Below are positions 63,761 to 64,000 of a stretch of 64,000 bases of DNA, one piece after another. This DNA comes from a phage. The DNA lies in assembly GCA_024672275.1 (NCBI GenBank), contig GCA_024672275.1_4536.1. The stretch is one strand, 5' to 3'. Every line of letters begins with the position of its first letter. Position 1 is the stretch's first letter. The notes under the pieces are model-generated. The model was not told the origin of the DNA and made no database searches. It saw only the letters and a program-made list of their open reading frames with translations. The position numbers were made by a program, and so were the translations under genes.

Positions 63761-64000
63761 GGTGTCGCCCTTTCTTTGTTGTGCGCCCTAGTTGGCGCGG
63801 TAGAAAGATGATAGCCTTTTCCTTTATATATAGCAAGCAAAAAGAAAATAAAAAAGATTGAAAAAGTGGTTGACGTTCCTCACCTGGTAGCGTAGTATTC
63901 ATCTTGTCGAGGGGGGCGCGGCACAACGACAATAAACAACAGGCGGGCGCAATGCAGGACGGGCAAAGGTGAGGATCTCCATAATCCACCGTCAACCAAC

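Noticed and set aside
63669-63995. 108-aa minus-strand ORF running to the window end
   Set aside because: Cys/Pro/Arg-rich implausible translation overlapping a promoter-like region; no coding features.
1-64000. Prophage/lysogeny module (integrase, CI-like repressor, attachment site) or host-phage junction at the GC-rich right end
   Set aside because: No integrase, recombinase or repressor motif was recognised anywhere in the window, so I do not claim the right-end GC shift is a bacterial chromosome boundary.

Overview
The window reads as a contiguous ~64 kb stretch of a large, virulent-type tailed phage genome. It is AT-rich (about 40% GC by eye), densely packed, with frequent ATGA/TAATG start-stop overlaps, and I recognise no integrase or repressor. 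Layout: (1) nt 1-20.7 kb, rightward tail/baseplate/receptor-binding module with at least four distinct fibre or spike proteins (GDPD-domain fibre, beta-helix tailspike, collagen-like fibre, Big_2 + BspA-LRR fibre). (2) nt 20.8-56.8 kb, leftward block with replication genes (SSB, family A DNA polymerase interrupted by an intein, T7 gp4-like primase-helicase, UvrD-like helicase), an N6-adenine methyltransferase, four tandem glycosyltransferases, anaerobic ribonucleotide reductase NrdD/NrdG, and an embedded Ter-like cluster (TerD, vWA/TerY-like, TelA-like, TerC, SprT-like, macro, PRTase, HAD, SleB-like hydrolase). (3) nt 56.9-62.7 kb, rightward small early-type genes, an AAA ATPase, a multi-zinc-ribbon protein and a NADAR protein. 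(4) nt 62.7-64.0 kb, non-coding: AT-rich direct repeats and Fur-box-like operator sites, then a GC-richer segment. The most interesting candidates are the phage-borne Ter/nucleoside-metabolite cluster, the SSB C-terminal tip motif (DDIPF/W) reused on a nucleotidyltransferase and present as an orphan ssb fragment, the polymerase intein, the glycosyltransferase array, the NADAR and macro anti-ADP-ribosylation candidates, and the iron-box-like regulatory region. All functional calls come from motif recognition by eye; no database search or computation was run. Gene coordinates follow the supplied ORF track, with starts adjusted by residue arithmetic where noted; hairpin, promoter and repeat coordinates are approximate (+/- 3 nt). 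No tRNA, rRNA or CRISPR array was found.
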